Shown here in pieces: positions 1-11,849 of a stretch of DNA of 64,000 nt. Position numbers and translations under genes: made by a program. Origin of the DNA: Eledone cirrhosa (Eukaryota). How positions within the stretch are numbered: position 1 is the stretch's first letter; each line of letters begins with the position of its first letter. The stretch lies in contig OZ024754.1 of the NCBI GenBank assembly GCA_964016885.1, positions 38,130,001 through 38,194,000 on the forward strand, written 5' to 3'. The notes beneath the pieces were generated by a model that did no database searches, was not told the origin of the DNA, and was given only the letters and a program-made list of their open reading frames with translations.

Positions 1-62
1 TAATTTCAAAAGGAAAACTTCTTTTACAGTTTTGAGGACTTGAACCTGAAGTTTCAGAAGGC
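1..62 (-). CDS. RNASET2: RNase T2 paralog A, coding exon 4 (runs off left edge): (W)PSETSGSSPQNCKRSFPFEI...
   Basis: Acceptor ttttgttttag at 63-73 on the minus strand. The first G completes the TG|G Trp of IHGLW, giving the canonical IHGLWP followed by the PxxC..F segment of T2 RNases. Confidence 0.88.
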
Positions 63-304
63 CTAAAACAAAATATAATAAATAGTAAAATATTAACTGT
101 ATTGGCTTACTTTCCGGGCCCAAATAATGGGTTTAAATTCTTATAAGTGGGGGTTGGAATAAATGAGGCGGGATGGGTCAGTAATTGAATAGTGTATGTT
201 CGTAAACGTGGGATTTTTTGTAATGTTCTTTTTTTTTTTTTATCATAATGTAAAACAAAATTATTAGATTCTCCAGCTGCTGTATCAATATGAAACACTT
301 TAAC

Positions 305-426
305 AGTAAACTGGAGCAATGTAAAATAAAGTGTCAAGGAAACAACACATCACCCGGTCTGAGAATTGAACTCACAACCTTTTGATTGCAAGCCCAATGC
401 TCTAACCACTAAGCCATGTGCCTCCA
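305..426 (-). mobile_element. tRNA-derived SINE head fragment (same family as 42729-43062)
   Basis: Reverse complement of GGAGGCACATGGCTTAGTGGTTAGAGC...GAGTTCAATTCTC...CCTTGA. Confidence 0.75.
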
Positions 427-544
427 TAATGTATATATGTTTATGCAATTGAAGAAAGCTGGTTGGTTGAAAATCTTAACAGATGTGATGCACTCCATGG
501 TTTTTGTTCATTCGTATATCCCTATTTATTTTGTTATACTATAT

Positions 545-848
545 ATGTGAATGATCAAGCATAGACGAGTTGAGAGAGAAACTGTGTATAAACGGGATAG
601 AAGACTGCATTGGTATGGACATGTGATGCGCATGGAGAATGACCACTGGGTGAAGAAGTGCCAAGTAAACCCAGTGGAAGCAAGACCACGAAAAACATGA
701 GCGGAGGTGGTGAGAGCAGACCTCAGATTGCTGAAGCTCACGGAGGAGATGACAAAGGACTGTGACGAATGGAGAGATGCCGTGCTTAATAAGACCGGTC
801 CCACCTTTGCAAGCAAGGAAAAGCGGACGTAAAATGATGATGATGATT
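545..848 (+). mobile_element. RTE-clade LINE 3' fragment
   Basis: RLHWYGHVMRME-type sequence, then the GCAAGCAAGGAAAAGCGGACGTAAAA(TGA)n tail. Confidence 0.85.
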
Positions 849-887
849 ATGTATATGTATATATACACACAGTATATATATATATAT

Positions 888-1072
888 AAATAATTGTTTC
901 TTCTTTTGGCACAAGGCCTGCAACTACCCAGTGCATTACTGGTACTTTATTTTATTGACCCCGTAAGGATGAAAGCCAAAGTTAACCTCGGTGGGATTTG
1001 AACTCAGAATGGCAAGGGCCGTAACTCTATGCGTCGCGTCCGACCCTCTACTGATACTGCCAATCCACCACC
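888..1072 (-). mobile_element. tRNA-derived SINE with Nin/Deu-like central domain (octopus OR-type like)
   Basis: Minus strand carries B-box GAGTTCAAATCC and GCTTTCATCCTTACGGGGTCAATAAAATAAAGTACCAG; a complete sister copy is at 21636-21853. Confidence 0.8.
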
Positions 1073-1535
1073 ATTACTGCCAATCCACCGCCATATTGCC
1101 AATCCACCGCCATACTGCCAATCCACCGCCATATTGCCAATCCACCACCATACTGCCAATCCACCGCCATACTGCCAATCCACCGCCATACTGCCAATCC
1201 ACCGCCATACTGCCAATCCACCACCATTACTGCCAATCCACCGCCATATTGCCAATCCACCACCATACTGCCAATCCACCGCCATACTGCCAATCCACCG
1301 CCATATTGCCAATCCACCGCCATACTGCCAATCCACCACCATACTGCCAATCCACCGCCATACTGCCAATCCACCGCCATTACTGCCAATCCACCGCCAT
1401 ACTGCCAATCCACCGCCATACTGCCAATCCACCGCCATACTGCCAATCCACCGCCATATTGCCAATCCACCGCCATATTGCCAATCCACCGCCATACTGC
1501 CAATCCACTGCCAATCCACCGCCATACTGCCAATC
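1055..1535. repeat. 19-20 bp minisatellite (ACTGCCAATCCACCGCCAT)n, about 25 copies
   Basis: Direct tandem array; explains the overlapping repetitive ORFs 991-1675. Confidence 0.95.
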
Positions 1536-1799
1536 CATATATACATAATGCAGTGATGACATAGTGCTGGTGTCACGACAAGAGCATGCTGTCCACCCTG
1601 TATGGTAGTAGTGCTGGAATCACGATAGAATATTCCTAGTACACAGTGTAAAGTAGTTGGTATTAGGGAGGGCATTCAGCTGCAGAAACCAAGCCAAGCA
1701 ATGTGTACGAGTAGAACCTAGTCACCTAACTGGTCTAGCCTCAGCATGTGATGCATGTAACCACGAAAAATAGATATTGAATAGTGATGATGATGATGA

Positions 1800-1837
<38 letters not shown>

Positions 1838-1840
<3 letters not shown>

Positions 1841-1986
1841 AACCAGTAAGACCCCGAATTAGCCGTCGAAACGGCTTGAGCTCAGCTGTCGGGGTCTTAC
1901 TGGTTCCTATTACCCACTCTACTACCTCAAGTATTGAGTACTTTGGTGCGTTATGGTCCACCTGGTTCCTTACCACATTTCCTTCG

Positions 1987-1990
<4 letters not shown>
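1838..1990 (+). mobile_element. Short (TA)n-embedded element with 20-bp inverted repeat and the 3' half of a hammerhead (Penelope-like terminus)
   Basis: AGGAACCAGTAAGACCCCGA...TCGGGGTCTTACTGGTTCCT enclosing GTCGAAACGGCTTGAGCTCAGCTGTC; homologous to 13215-13500 and 54308-54360. Confidence 0.6.
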
Positions 1991-2019
<29 letters not shown>

Positions 2020-2024
<5 letters not shown>

Positions 2025-2425
2025 TCATTGTTTTTACATCCGTTCTTCCACGCTAGCATGGGTTAGACAGGTTGTCCTGTTGTGGGCAGTATCCGGTCAG
2101 CTGACCTTGTCTTGCTCATACAGGAACTAATTCTGGCTTGATTTCTACAGCTGGATGCCCTTCCTAGCACCAACCTCATGGGTGCTTTTTTTTCCGTGGC
2201 GCCTACACGTCCACTTTACAGTGAGTGCTGGGTGCTTTTTTGCCGTGGCACCTCCACGACCACTTTGCAGTGGAATGATAGGGACCCCAGTCCATACCAT
2301 CTCATTTCTACAGCTGAGTAAACTGGAGCAATGTGAAATAAAGTGTCTTACTCAAGGAAACAACACATCACCCAGTCCAAGTATTGAACTCACAACCTTT
2401 TGATTGCAAGCCCAATGCTCTAACC

Positions 2426-2428
<3 letters not shown>
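2020..2428 (-). mobile_element. tRNA-derived SINE with RTE-derived 3' UTR (tail type A)
   Basis: tRNA-like head at about 2380-2428; body identical in type to the RTE 3' UTR; ends CCCATGCTAGCGTGGAAGAACGGATGTAAAAACAATGATGA. Confidence 0.8.
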
Positions 2429-2492
<64 letters not shown>

Positions 2493-2504
2493 ATATATAT
2501 ATAT

Positions 2505-2735
2505 AATTAGAAAGTGAACAACACAAAATATAACTACTCCATTACGAAAGGTTTCTGGATCCCAATAATATATGTCTGGATCGGTCGTCAGACGTATATT
2601 TTTATTGTCTGGGATCCAGAAACCTTTGGTAATGGAGTAGTTATATATTGTGTTGTTCACTTTCTAATTAAATAGCTCTGTTCTATACATAGAGCACTCT
2701 TTTTTCCTTTGCTTTTCCTTCGGAATTACCTAACA
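2505..2735. mobile_element. Palindromic Penelope-like terminal fragment with a hammerhead core on the minus arm (2540-2594)
   Basis: About 60-bp inverted arms 2505-2564 and 2610-2669. Minus strand reads CGT-CTGACGA-CC-GATCC..GGATC-CA-GAAAC-CTTTC-GTA-ATG. Homologous to 14340-14520 and 54385-54435. Confidence 0.65.
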
Positions 2736-3566
2736 TATATCATCATTTTACGTCCGATTTTCCCTGCTTGCAAGTGTATATCAAAATTATGCATACAAAC
2801 TAATCAAGGAGATATAAGAGATTAGTTTTGAGAGTTATATGCCAGTAGTGAAGGGGACAGTGTGTTCAATGCATATTAGATACTAGACATGCGAACAATG
2901 TGAATAAGCAAGAGAAATAATGTCAAGCAAAAAATTGAATAAGCAGGGCATTAATATAGAAATTAAATGTTAGAGAAAACAATACCTCTTCCTTCTTTTA
3001 TATATTTAACATTTTTTTTAATATCTCACATGTAATTCCAGTAATTATCCCCCTTTCATCATAATTATGCACCTTGCTATATTTACTTGCCTACTTCTGG
3101 TTTCATGCATACACCATTTTTATTTAAACTGTTAAATTCTTCGAATGTAAAATGTATTCTTATTTTACTTCCATCATTAATATGTGGACTGGTATGCTTC
3201 ATGTTTTACATTTATTGTAGTCCTTATTTTCAGTGACATTTTTTTAATTTTTATGTTTATTTTCTCTTTTCGGCTCCAGACACCATGTCAATCTTTTCTT
3301 TTTATTATCACTTATTATTATCGATTTTATAATCGATAATTATCATCAGTATGTGCAGAATGTTAATATGATTTCCGAAACAATTGTAAGCCATTAATTA
3401 TATTTGTTCAAGAATTTGGTATTGTTTTCTCTAACATTTAATTTCTCTCTCTCTCTCCATATATGTATGTAAAAGGTAAACAGAAATAACAACACAATCG
3501 GTACAGTATATAGAAGGAATATATTAGGTTAACGCTTGATATAGCAGGAGGGGGGGGGGGGGGGGG

Positions 3567-3602
3567 TCTAAACGTTTCGGACGCTAGTCCTTCATCAGAA
3601 GA
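3567..3602 (-). ncRNA. Minimal type I hammerhead ribozyme motif (Penelope-type)
   Basis: TCTT-CTGATGA-A-GGAC-TAGC-GTCC-GAAAC-GTT-TAGA; perfect stem II; palindromic AACGTT in place of stem III. Confidence 0.7.
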
Positions 3603-3869
3603 AAGAATGAGAAATAAGATAGATTGAGGGGACAGGCAGGTTGGAATTGGAAAAAATGTCTATATATATATATAAACACAGTGGTAGTGGTGGTATTAGT
3701 TTTGTCTAGGTGTAGTGCAGTGTAGTGGTGGTGCTAGCAGTAAGTGTAGTGGTTGTAGTAATAACTGTCATGATAGAAGTGGTCATAGAGGTGTGGTAGC
3801 GGTGGTAGTGATGGTGTTAGTTGTGGTAGCATTAGGTACAAAGTCTATCAACATAAAGAAAATACTCAC

Positions 3870-3928
3870 CATAAACCATGAATTGTCCAGAAATTCACCT
3901 CTGTAGCTGCAGAACGGCAGAATCTATT
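3870..3928 (-). CDS. RNASET2: RNase T2 paralog A, coding exon 3: NRFCRSAATEVNFWTIHGL(W), conserved active site I
   Basis: ttttag acceptor, gtgagt donor; 59 nt, phase 0/2; WTIHGLW is the CAS I motif with the catalytic His. Confidence 0.95.
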
Positions 3929-3994
3929 CTAAAAGACATAATATAGTGACCAGTAAGTTTCAGAAAGCTGGTACAATATGGTAGAAATATATAA

Positions 3995-5210
3995 TACTAG
4001 CAGCAGGACCCCGGCCGGCGTTGCATGGGGTAGGAAACATGAAATAGCAACACGCGTATGCAAAGATTGAGGAATGTAGCTGTGTACTTTTTAAATTCCC
4101 TTATTCTCAGGGAATGATTGTTCATCTACTAGAAATGTAGAACACCAGCAGGCCTGAATCGTGAAACATCTGCATGATATACAAAATCTGAAGAAAATCA
4201 GCTGGATACTCTTTAAGCGTACTAAATCTTAAAGTATGACTTTTCTTCTATTTGGAGAAAACCAGTTAGGTACTTTTCGAATTTTATAGATTCGCACCCA
4301 GTCGTCCGGACAGTGGGCTGATTGCAGAAATCCTGTATGTGAAAGGAGTAAGTAAGTGTTGTGGGGTGATGTATGTCGTCAGTCTGTTCACGAATTACAT
4401 CACAGATGGGGAACACACGTCTGTCTGAAGGAGCGACGTAGACAATTGTGTGAAAACCAAGTAGGGATGTACGTTTAACTAGGGATATTGAGATGACAAA
4501 ATCAGCGTGGCAACGCAGTTGCAGCAGAAGCGGGTCATAGTGCAATTAGCACAAATGCTGGGTGGCACTGGCTGCACTGCGTTTACACAGCAACAAAGGT
4601 GCGACAAAAGGGGTCACTGCGGAATTAGCACAACCGCTGTTTGGCGTACTTGCGCAGGGCGTTCATACTGCGGTGTAGGTGCAACAAAAGGGGTCTTAGT
4701 AGAAGAGGCACAGACATGAGTTTTACGGTGTCAATAACACAGCAACGTACACAGGGCCCGGATTTGCACGTGATGAAAGCATGAAGCCTCAACAGGGCGG
4801 CGACTAAAATTTTAAGGTGCTCCTCATTTCCTCAATCCCCCGAAAATGGTCCTGCTTAAAAGTAAGTGTTGTGTCCTCTGTTGAATAAATCAAATTTTTA
4901 CCGAAATATAATACGCTACTTATGATGTTTAAGTAGCGTTTATATTGAAAATGAAAATGGCATGTAATGTCCACAGCAATGTGATGGGACTAACTAATGT
5001 GTGCTGCAAATTTAGAGGAAATCGGCTGGATTATCTTTAAAGTTACGCCTCAAAAAAGCCTAAAAACTGCGTTTTTTTTGACTAATGTGAGCCTTCCAAG
5101 AAATATAAGTAACATATGTGTAAGGTTTGAAAAAAATTGGTTCTATATTTCTCGACTTTTAGGGATTTACACAGACAGACAGGCATCCTCTGTTTTATAT
5201 AGAGAGAGAT
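3995..5210 (+). mobile_element. Non-autonomous Helentron/DINE-1-like (HINE) element in an RNase T2 A intron
   Basis: Starts TACTAGCAG..ACCCCGGC..CGTTGC and ends ACAGACAGAC..TTTTATATAGAGAGAGAT, the terminal pattern of DINE-1/Lep1-type elements. Confidence 0.6.
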
Positions 5211-5262
5211 AAAGAGCAAAGGATGACAAATAAAACAAAACAAAATAATGTTTTACCCAGTA

Positions 5263-5589
5263 CAGTTGTACCCCAGTATTTGTGGGGGGTTATGTTCCTG
5301 GAGCACCCGCGAACAGTGAAAAACCACAAATATTGGACGTGGTCGATAAAAATGTCTAAAATTATCAAAACATAACATAAAATATAGGCCAGCAAATACG
5401 GTATATTGTTATAATTTAGCGTTAAAAAGTGTGAAAAAATATATATTGCCACGAAAAAAGCCATTAAAAAATCACGGCAGATATTTACAATTCCACGAAT
5501 ATGCGGTGGTTTCCATGTACAATTATTAGTTAGTTTCTGAGGAAAATTCCGCAAATAACCAGGATCGTGAATACTGGGACCACAATTGT
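5263..5589. mobile_element. Tc1/mariner-pogo-type MITE
   Basis: ta|CAGTTGTACCCCAGTATTTGTG ... CGTGAATACTGGGACCACAATTG imperfect TIRs. Confidence 0.55.
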
Positions 5590-5754
5590 TGGGTGTACAC
5601 TGTATATTTCAACATAATATTTCAGAGCTATCAGCTTCTTTTTAAATGTAAAACAAAAATGAATGATTGATGTGTTCTTCTCTAATTGGTCTAAGTGTTT
5701 GAAATAGGCATACATAGCATCATTAGATAAGCCACTCTGCTTTGTGCATTTCCA

Positions 5755-6535
5755 ATCTATTATTTATCTGTGGCTTTTTTCTTGTTGATCATAATGGCCT
5801 CTTTGATTCTTAAATTTCCTTCATTCCTTTCCATCACCTCTATGGTGGCCTCAATATCTCAGCTGCAGCATCTGTCAACATGTTTTTTGACAGAAGATCT
5901 CGTCGTCATGTGTTCTTTGATCCATGCATGCAGCATCTGGATGGTACTTCCAATATATGAGGATCTACATTCTTTTACATGTGACCTTGTAGACTACATA
6001 TGGACACTTCTTCATTGTTGATGGGTCACTTAGGAAGTGTGCACATATCATTGTATGCAGGTCAATGTTGATAGAGTAGACACTGCAATGAATGTCCCGA
6101 GTGTGGTAGATGTATATTCAGGCCCTCTCAACAGATGGCTTATCTGATGGCATCTGTTGTTTTCTTAATGAAATATGGCAGCTTTAGGTGGCATATGTCA
6201 CCTTCAGGTGTGTGTGTGTCCTCCTTGTTCTTTTAAGTGTTAAGTTCTTTTAAGTGTTGCTGCCTTGGCATTTTGGTGTTTGGTGAGACAAGTAGGGTAG
6301 CTGTTCTCGGTGAGAACTCTCTGGAATTCCACCATGCTAGTATGTTTGTCGGTACTTTTACTGCAGCTGTTGCACATCCAGATCTCATTCAGTATATAGA
6401 CCATTTTAGCTCTGTAGAGAAGGATAAATCATGGTGCTCACAAATATCTCTGTAGGCATCCTTGTAAAATGCTTGGCTCTTCAATTGGAAGTATTTGCTT
6501 TATTGACTCAAGTGATTACTATTCTTATGTAAGGA
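5755..6535 (-). mobile_element. Decayed Penelope-like element: RT C-terminus plus GIY-YIG endonuclease (frameshifted)
   Basis: Minus-strand translation across frameshifts and stops: LTENSYP ... VVYKVTCK/ECRSSYIGST...IKEH...LRIKEAIMINKKKPQIN. Confidence 0.75.
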
Positions 6536-6586
6536 CTTGTAAGAAAAAAAATCAGAATGAAAATAATAAATAATTGTTTTACTTAC

Positions 6587-6644
6587 CACTTCACAAAATG
6601 ATCCAGGCCATTGTTGAGATAAAACATACGAATCAAAAATTTCC
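6587..6644 (-). CDS. RNASET2: RNase T2 paralog A, coding exon 2: (G)EIFDSYVLSQQWPGSFCEV
   Basis: gacag acceptor, gtaagt donor; 58 nt, phase 2/0; FDxxxLxQQWPxSFC is the typical N-terminus of mature T2 RNases. Confidence 0.93.
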
Positions 6645-7153
6645 CTGTCAATTAAATTAATAAATTATTATAATGCATTGATTTGTGGCTTAAACGATAA
6701 AGGTACTTTTCATCTAATGACGCAACAAAAAGCACCCAGACCACCCTGTAAGGTAGTCCTGCTGGTGATACAATGAACAAGTAGTCTATTCAACTGTGGG
6801 ATGGTTGTACTGGTGCCACGATATAAAGCACCCAGTCCACAATGTAAATGTGGTTGGCATTAAGAAGGCCATCCAGCTGTAGAAACCAACCCAGAATCAG
6901 TTCTGTATGAGTAAGACACAGTCACCTGATTTGATTTGTCTTACAACAGGATTACTCATCTAATCCATGCTAGCGTGAAAAATGGATGTTGATTGGTGAT
7001 AGTCAATAAGCAACTAGCTATAAAATAGGTACAGGCAATTCTTATGGTTTTCTGTACAAAGAGAATAACAAAACCTATTTACATTTGTTTCTTGGATTTT
7101 TTTTTTTTCCCAATGCAGGAGTATTTTATTAATATCCCATTCATCAAGATCAT

Positions 7154-7376
7154 TTAAACCTTTAGCATTTAAATTACTCTATATAAACTATTATATTTTC
7201 ATGGTAAAGGCTTTACCTCGCATAATTATCTCACATAATTATCTCTCGGATCTATGAGATTTTGAAAGTATTTATTTTGAGAACAATACCTTAATATCAG
7301 TTTGAGTGACCAGTTACAGCCAGTTTGAACAGAAAGAGGTAGAGAATTCTGGCCAGTTTGAACATTAAAGAGTTAA
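7154..7376. mobile_element. piggyBac-like MITE (about 200 bp; copies at 22115-22319, 22709-22905, 27835-28032, 31245-31451)
   Basis: Consensus TTAA-CCCTTTAGCATTT ... AAATGCTAAAGGG-TTAA termini; five similar copies in the window. Confidence 0.7.
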
Positions 7377-8514
7377 TATCCTTTTCCCCCGCTAGCAAGA
7401 GTTGGACAGGTCTTCACAAACTGAATCAGTACTGAAGCAGGGCTACTGACCTCTCAGATGGGTCAGGGGTCTGCATCTAGTTTACATATGATCCCTTACA
7501 AAGTGTATTTTATCATGACAACAGCACTAGAGCCCTCCTAACTCATTGTTTGGCAAGTTTTCTATGGCTGGATGCCTTTCCTTTCACCAACCATTTTACA
7601 GAGTGTATATATTGTTAATAACATTTTTATAATGAATAAGACTATACAGATATATACAGATATATACAGATATATACAAATATATACAGATATATACATA
7701 TATATACAGATATATATAGATATATACAGATCATCATCATCATCATCATCGTTTAACGTCCATCTTCCATGCTTGCATGGGTTTGGACGGGAGTTTTCCC
7801 ACTTGAGGCAAGAGTGGTTGTCTTGCTCAGATAGGACTGTCTGGCGGGTTTTCTATGGCTGGATGCCCTTCCTAACACCAACCACGTTTACAGTGTGGAT
7901 ATATATAGATATATATAGATATATACAGATATATATAGATATATACAGATATATACAGATATATATATAGACTATATAGATATATATAGATATATACATG
8001 TATATACTGACTACATAGTATTTAAAAAAAGAAAGAGAAGGGGACAATAAGGAAGAAAAAGTAGAGGTAGAAGACCCCCCCTCCCACATGCACTCAATCA
8101 CACCCTAGATTTTTTGTTTAGGTACACAGTCGTGGTGGTGGTGGTGGTAGTGGTGGTGATGGCAATGATAGTAGTGAGGATGGCAGTGATGATGATGGTG
8201 GGTTAAATATAGTGAGTACATATAACAGAGAGATATCAGAGAACTATGAAAGACGGTAGTGAGATTAGGTTTCAGGATATTTAGTCTTGTCAATAAAATA
8301 AAATAAAATGTTCCCCCCTCTCTTTGATCTTTAAAACCCAATATAAAAAAAAACCCCAATATTATTGATGCTATTGAACCCTTGCTGAAAACTTGGTCTT
8401 TAAATTGTTTCTGTCACATTCCTAGCAATAAACTATAACCAAATGAATACCGTCCATCAGGCATCTACCATACTCTGACCACCTTGCTTCCCTCGGCATG
8501 GATACATTAAAACT

Positions 8515-8930
8515 CTGATGTCTGTCAACTGACTTGTTAGACACCTACAAGATTATTAACCGTCTTTCCAACAACAGCCCTGGGTTCCTTTTTGAATTCC
8601 ATGTGTCTAACACCTGTAGACATATGTACAAAATCAGAAAACAGTAGAGCTCCCATAAATTTCTGAAACATTTTTTCATGCTCAGAGTTACTGAAACATG
8701 GAATAAAATACCTACATTGGTTGTTAGCCCTGAGGACACAGCATCCTTCAAAACTGCCATGCTTCCTGAAATTTGCCAACACTACACTTGATATTCTTCC
8801 TCTGTACGCACACACATGTATATGTGTGTGTGTGTATGTATATCATGACTTATAGACTCTTCACTTTCCTGACTTTTGTACATTATTCTATGTACTATGT
8901 AGTGCACCTGAGCACTGTACACAATAATTT
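8515..8930 (+). mobile_element. CR1-type LINE 3' fragment (degenerate)
   Basis: Homologous to 9810-10345 and 59223-60300. Confidence 0.75.
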
Positions 8931-9213
8931 CTGAGACCCCCCATAGAAAATAGATGTAAGAATGTTAACATTGTGGGTTAGGACACACTAAATATACCAA
9001 GTAATTTACGCAAATCTTCTAAAGAATTTATCCATCTTTATGATTTATTTAGCTTAGGGTCGGATCTAATTTTAAAGGGTTTATATTTAGCTAAAAGCCT
9101 TCTATCATAATTCTATGTAAGAACCTTTGTTAAGTTATGATCTGAATACCAGTTCAATATTGATTTCTACTTTAAGCACAAGACCAGTAATTTTGTGGTG
9201 AAGAGAAGAGAAA

Positions 9214-9540
9214 GCAGGACTGGATTTAATGGGGGAGGGACAAAAGGCACAATAGTCCCGGGCCTCCTTCAGTGTGCGTGTGGGGGGGGGGGTCCACCAG
9301 TGATGGCCATAGCAATTTATTTATGCCCTCAGCTGGGCTTTTTAGTTTTAGGATGGTTAGAATTTTTGAATTTAATACCTGTATGTATAACTTTTCAATT
9401 CCAATTACTTGCGCCAAGGTGACTTTGATATGTAAAAGTGGGGGGAGGTTGCTGTGTATTCTAATTTTTTTTTTGTGTATGAAAGCCCTCCCAAAACCTG
9501 AAGTGCTTCGGGCTCCCAACAAAGTCTAAGTCTGATCCTG
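9214..9540. mobile_element. hAT-like MITE
   Basis: CAGGACTGGATTTA ... TAAGTCTGATCCTG imperfect TIRs. Confidence 0.45.
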
Positions 9541-9809
9541 ATTTAACTCTAAAGATTTCAGTTTTTAGTGTACAGTAAAATCTGAAGTTATATCTAAAAG
9601 TCTAAAGTCTTCCTCTAGCCTGGAGGCTCATCAGGCCACTGCTTATCCCAGTTTATGTGGCGTGAAGCAACAGAGAGTACAAGACTTCCCCCCCTGGACA
9701 GGATGCCAGGCCATCACAGGGTTAAATCTCCAGCTACTGCTGCTGGTACTCATCTTCAGCTGAGTATACTGGAGCAATGTGAAATGAAGTGTTTTGCTCA
9801 AGAACACAA

Positions 9810-10345
9810 CACACAACCCAGAACATTATGATCGTAAATCCAACACCCTTACCATTCTCCATGTGTCTAACACACGTGGACATGCCTACAAGATAAGAAA
9901 ACAACACAGCTCCCATGACTTTCGCAGACATTTTTTCACTCTCAGAGTTGCTGAAGCATGGAACAAACTGCCTGCGTCAATTGTTAGCTGCCGAGACACT
10001 GCATCCTTTAAGACACTCATGCTTCCCGAAATACGCCAAAACTACACCTGATGTACCCCTTCCATACACATGCACACATGTGTGTATCATGACTCGTGCA
10101 CTGTTCATTTTACTGATGTTTGTGCATTGCCCTATGTACTGTACATGCACTTTTTTGATGAGTTGTGGTGCACCTGGGCACTGTACACAATATTTCATTA
10201 TTGTTATTGTTATTATATCATGACTCATACACTGTTCATTTTCCTGACATTTGTACATTATTCTATGTACTATACATGCACCTTTGATGAGTTGTAGTGC
10301 ACCTGAGCACTGTACACAATAATTTCATTATTATTATTATTATTA
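9810..10345 (+). mobile_element. CR1-type LINE 3' end with duplicated 3' UTR and (ATT)n tail
   Basis: TRGHAYKIRKQ..FFTLRVAEAWNKLP motif; 3' UTR repeated at about 10087-10215 and 10217-10345. Confidence 0.88.
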
Positions 10346-10374
10346 GGCTATGTAGTATATATAAAAATACTTAC

Positions 10375-10427
10375 CCATGAATAACAGTGAAACTAAACAG
10401 CAGGCAAATTACCACAAGTAACTTCAT
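10375..10427 (-). CDS. RNASET2: RNase T2 paralog A, first coding exon: signal peptide MKLLVVICLLFSFTVIH(G)
   Basis: ATG at 10427-10425, hydrophobic signal-like peptide, gtaagt donor in phase 2 matching the next exon. An acceptor (ctctctatag) 4 nt before the ATG implies an upstream non-coding exon. Confidence 0.85.
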
Positions 10428-10533
10428 TATCCTATAGAGAGAACAAAACAAAATGAACAGTTAATATACATGTATAGCTCAAATGGATTACACACACACG
10501 TTCATGCACAGACATATACATACAGCACACATA

Positions 10534-10567
<34 letters not shown>

Positions 10568-10585
10568 CATGCACCACCACACATA

Positions 10586-10625
<40 letters not shown>

Positions 10626-10687
10626 CATGCACCACTACACATATCTATATATATATATATATATAGATGCACCACCACACATATCTA

Positions 10688-10720
<33 letters not shown>

Positions 10721-10911
10721 GCACCACCACACATATCTATATATATATATATATATATATATACATGCACCACCACACATATCTATATATATATATATAT
10801 CATCATCATCACCGTTTAATGTCCATTTTCCATGCTAGCATGGGTTAGACGAGTAGTCCTGTTGTGAGACATGTCAGATCAGATGACTGTATCTTGCCCA
10901 TACAGAACCAA

Positions 10912-11285
10912 TGTTGATGTCAATTTTAAAACAGAGACAAGATAATATCAATTTTAAAACAGAAATGAGATGATGTCAATTTTAAAACAGGAACGAGATG
11001 TTGATGTCCATTTTAAAACTGAGATGAGATGATGTCAATTTTAAAACAGAAATGAATTGTTGATGTCAATTTTAAAACAGAAATGAAATGTTGATGTCAA
11101 TTTTAAAACAGAAATGAAATGTTGATGTCAATTTTAAAACAGAAATGAAATGTTGATGTCAATTTTAAAACAAAGACGAGATGATGTCAATTTTAAAACA
11201 AAGACGAGATGATGTCAATTTTAAAACAAAGACGAGATGATGTCAATTTTAAAACAGAAATGTGATGGAGTCAATTTTAAAACAA
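10912..11285. repeat. 28-31 bp minisatellite (GATGTCAATTTTAAAACAGAAATGAAATGTT)n, about 13 copies
   Basis: Direct tandem array. Confidence 0.92.
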
Positions 11286-11714
11286 AAAACAAACATTAAA
11301 ATAAAAGATTAAAAAAAAACAAAAAAAAAAAAAACGGAAAGGTTGTACATTAATACTAACTTTTAATAATCTATTATTTATTTTCAATTAACAAAGTGTA
11401 ATAATAGTGATGACTGTAGTAGTAGTAGCTGTAGTAATAGTTGTTGTTGCTGCTTGCTGTATGTCTGGTGGTGGTGGTGGTGGTGTGGTGTGGTAGTGTT
11501 ACAGTTTTGTGTGTGTGTGTGTGAACTACTCCATTTTATTAACATAAAAAATAAAAAAATCAGTTTCCCCACCCTCAAAAAAACAAAAAACCTTCTACAT
11601 CTGCTGCTGCTGCTGAATTAAAAATGGCCAAAGAAGAAGAGAAAAAAAAAACGAAAGAGAGAGAGAGAGAAAGGCCGACCACACACAAAGAAAATATTAT
11701 TATATATATATTAT

Positions 11715-11849
<135 letters not shown>

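Noticed and set aside
991-1675. Proline/His-rich or Gly/Trp-rich repetitive ORFs on both strands
   Set aside because: Read-through of a SINE-derived 19-bp minisatellite inside an intron.
9620-9640. CTGATGA on the minus strand as another hammerhead
   Set aside because: No downstream GAAA or stem II; it is part of a SINE tail.
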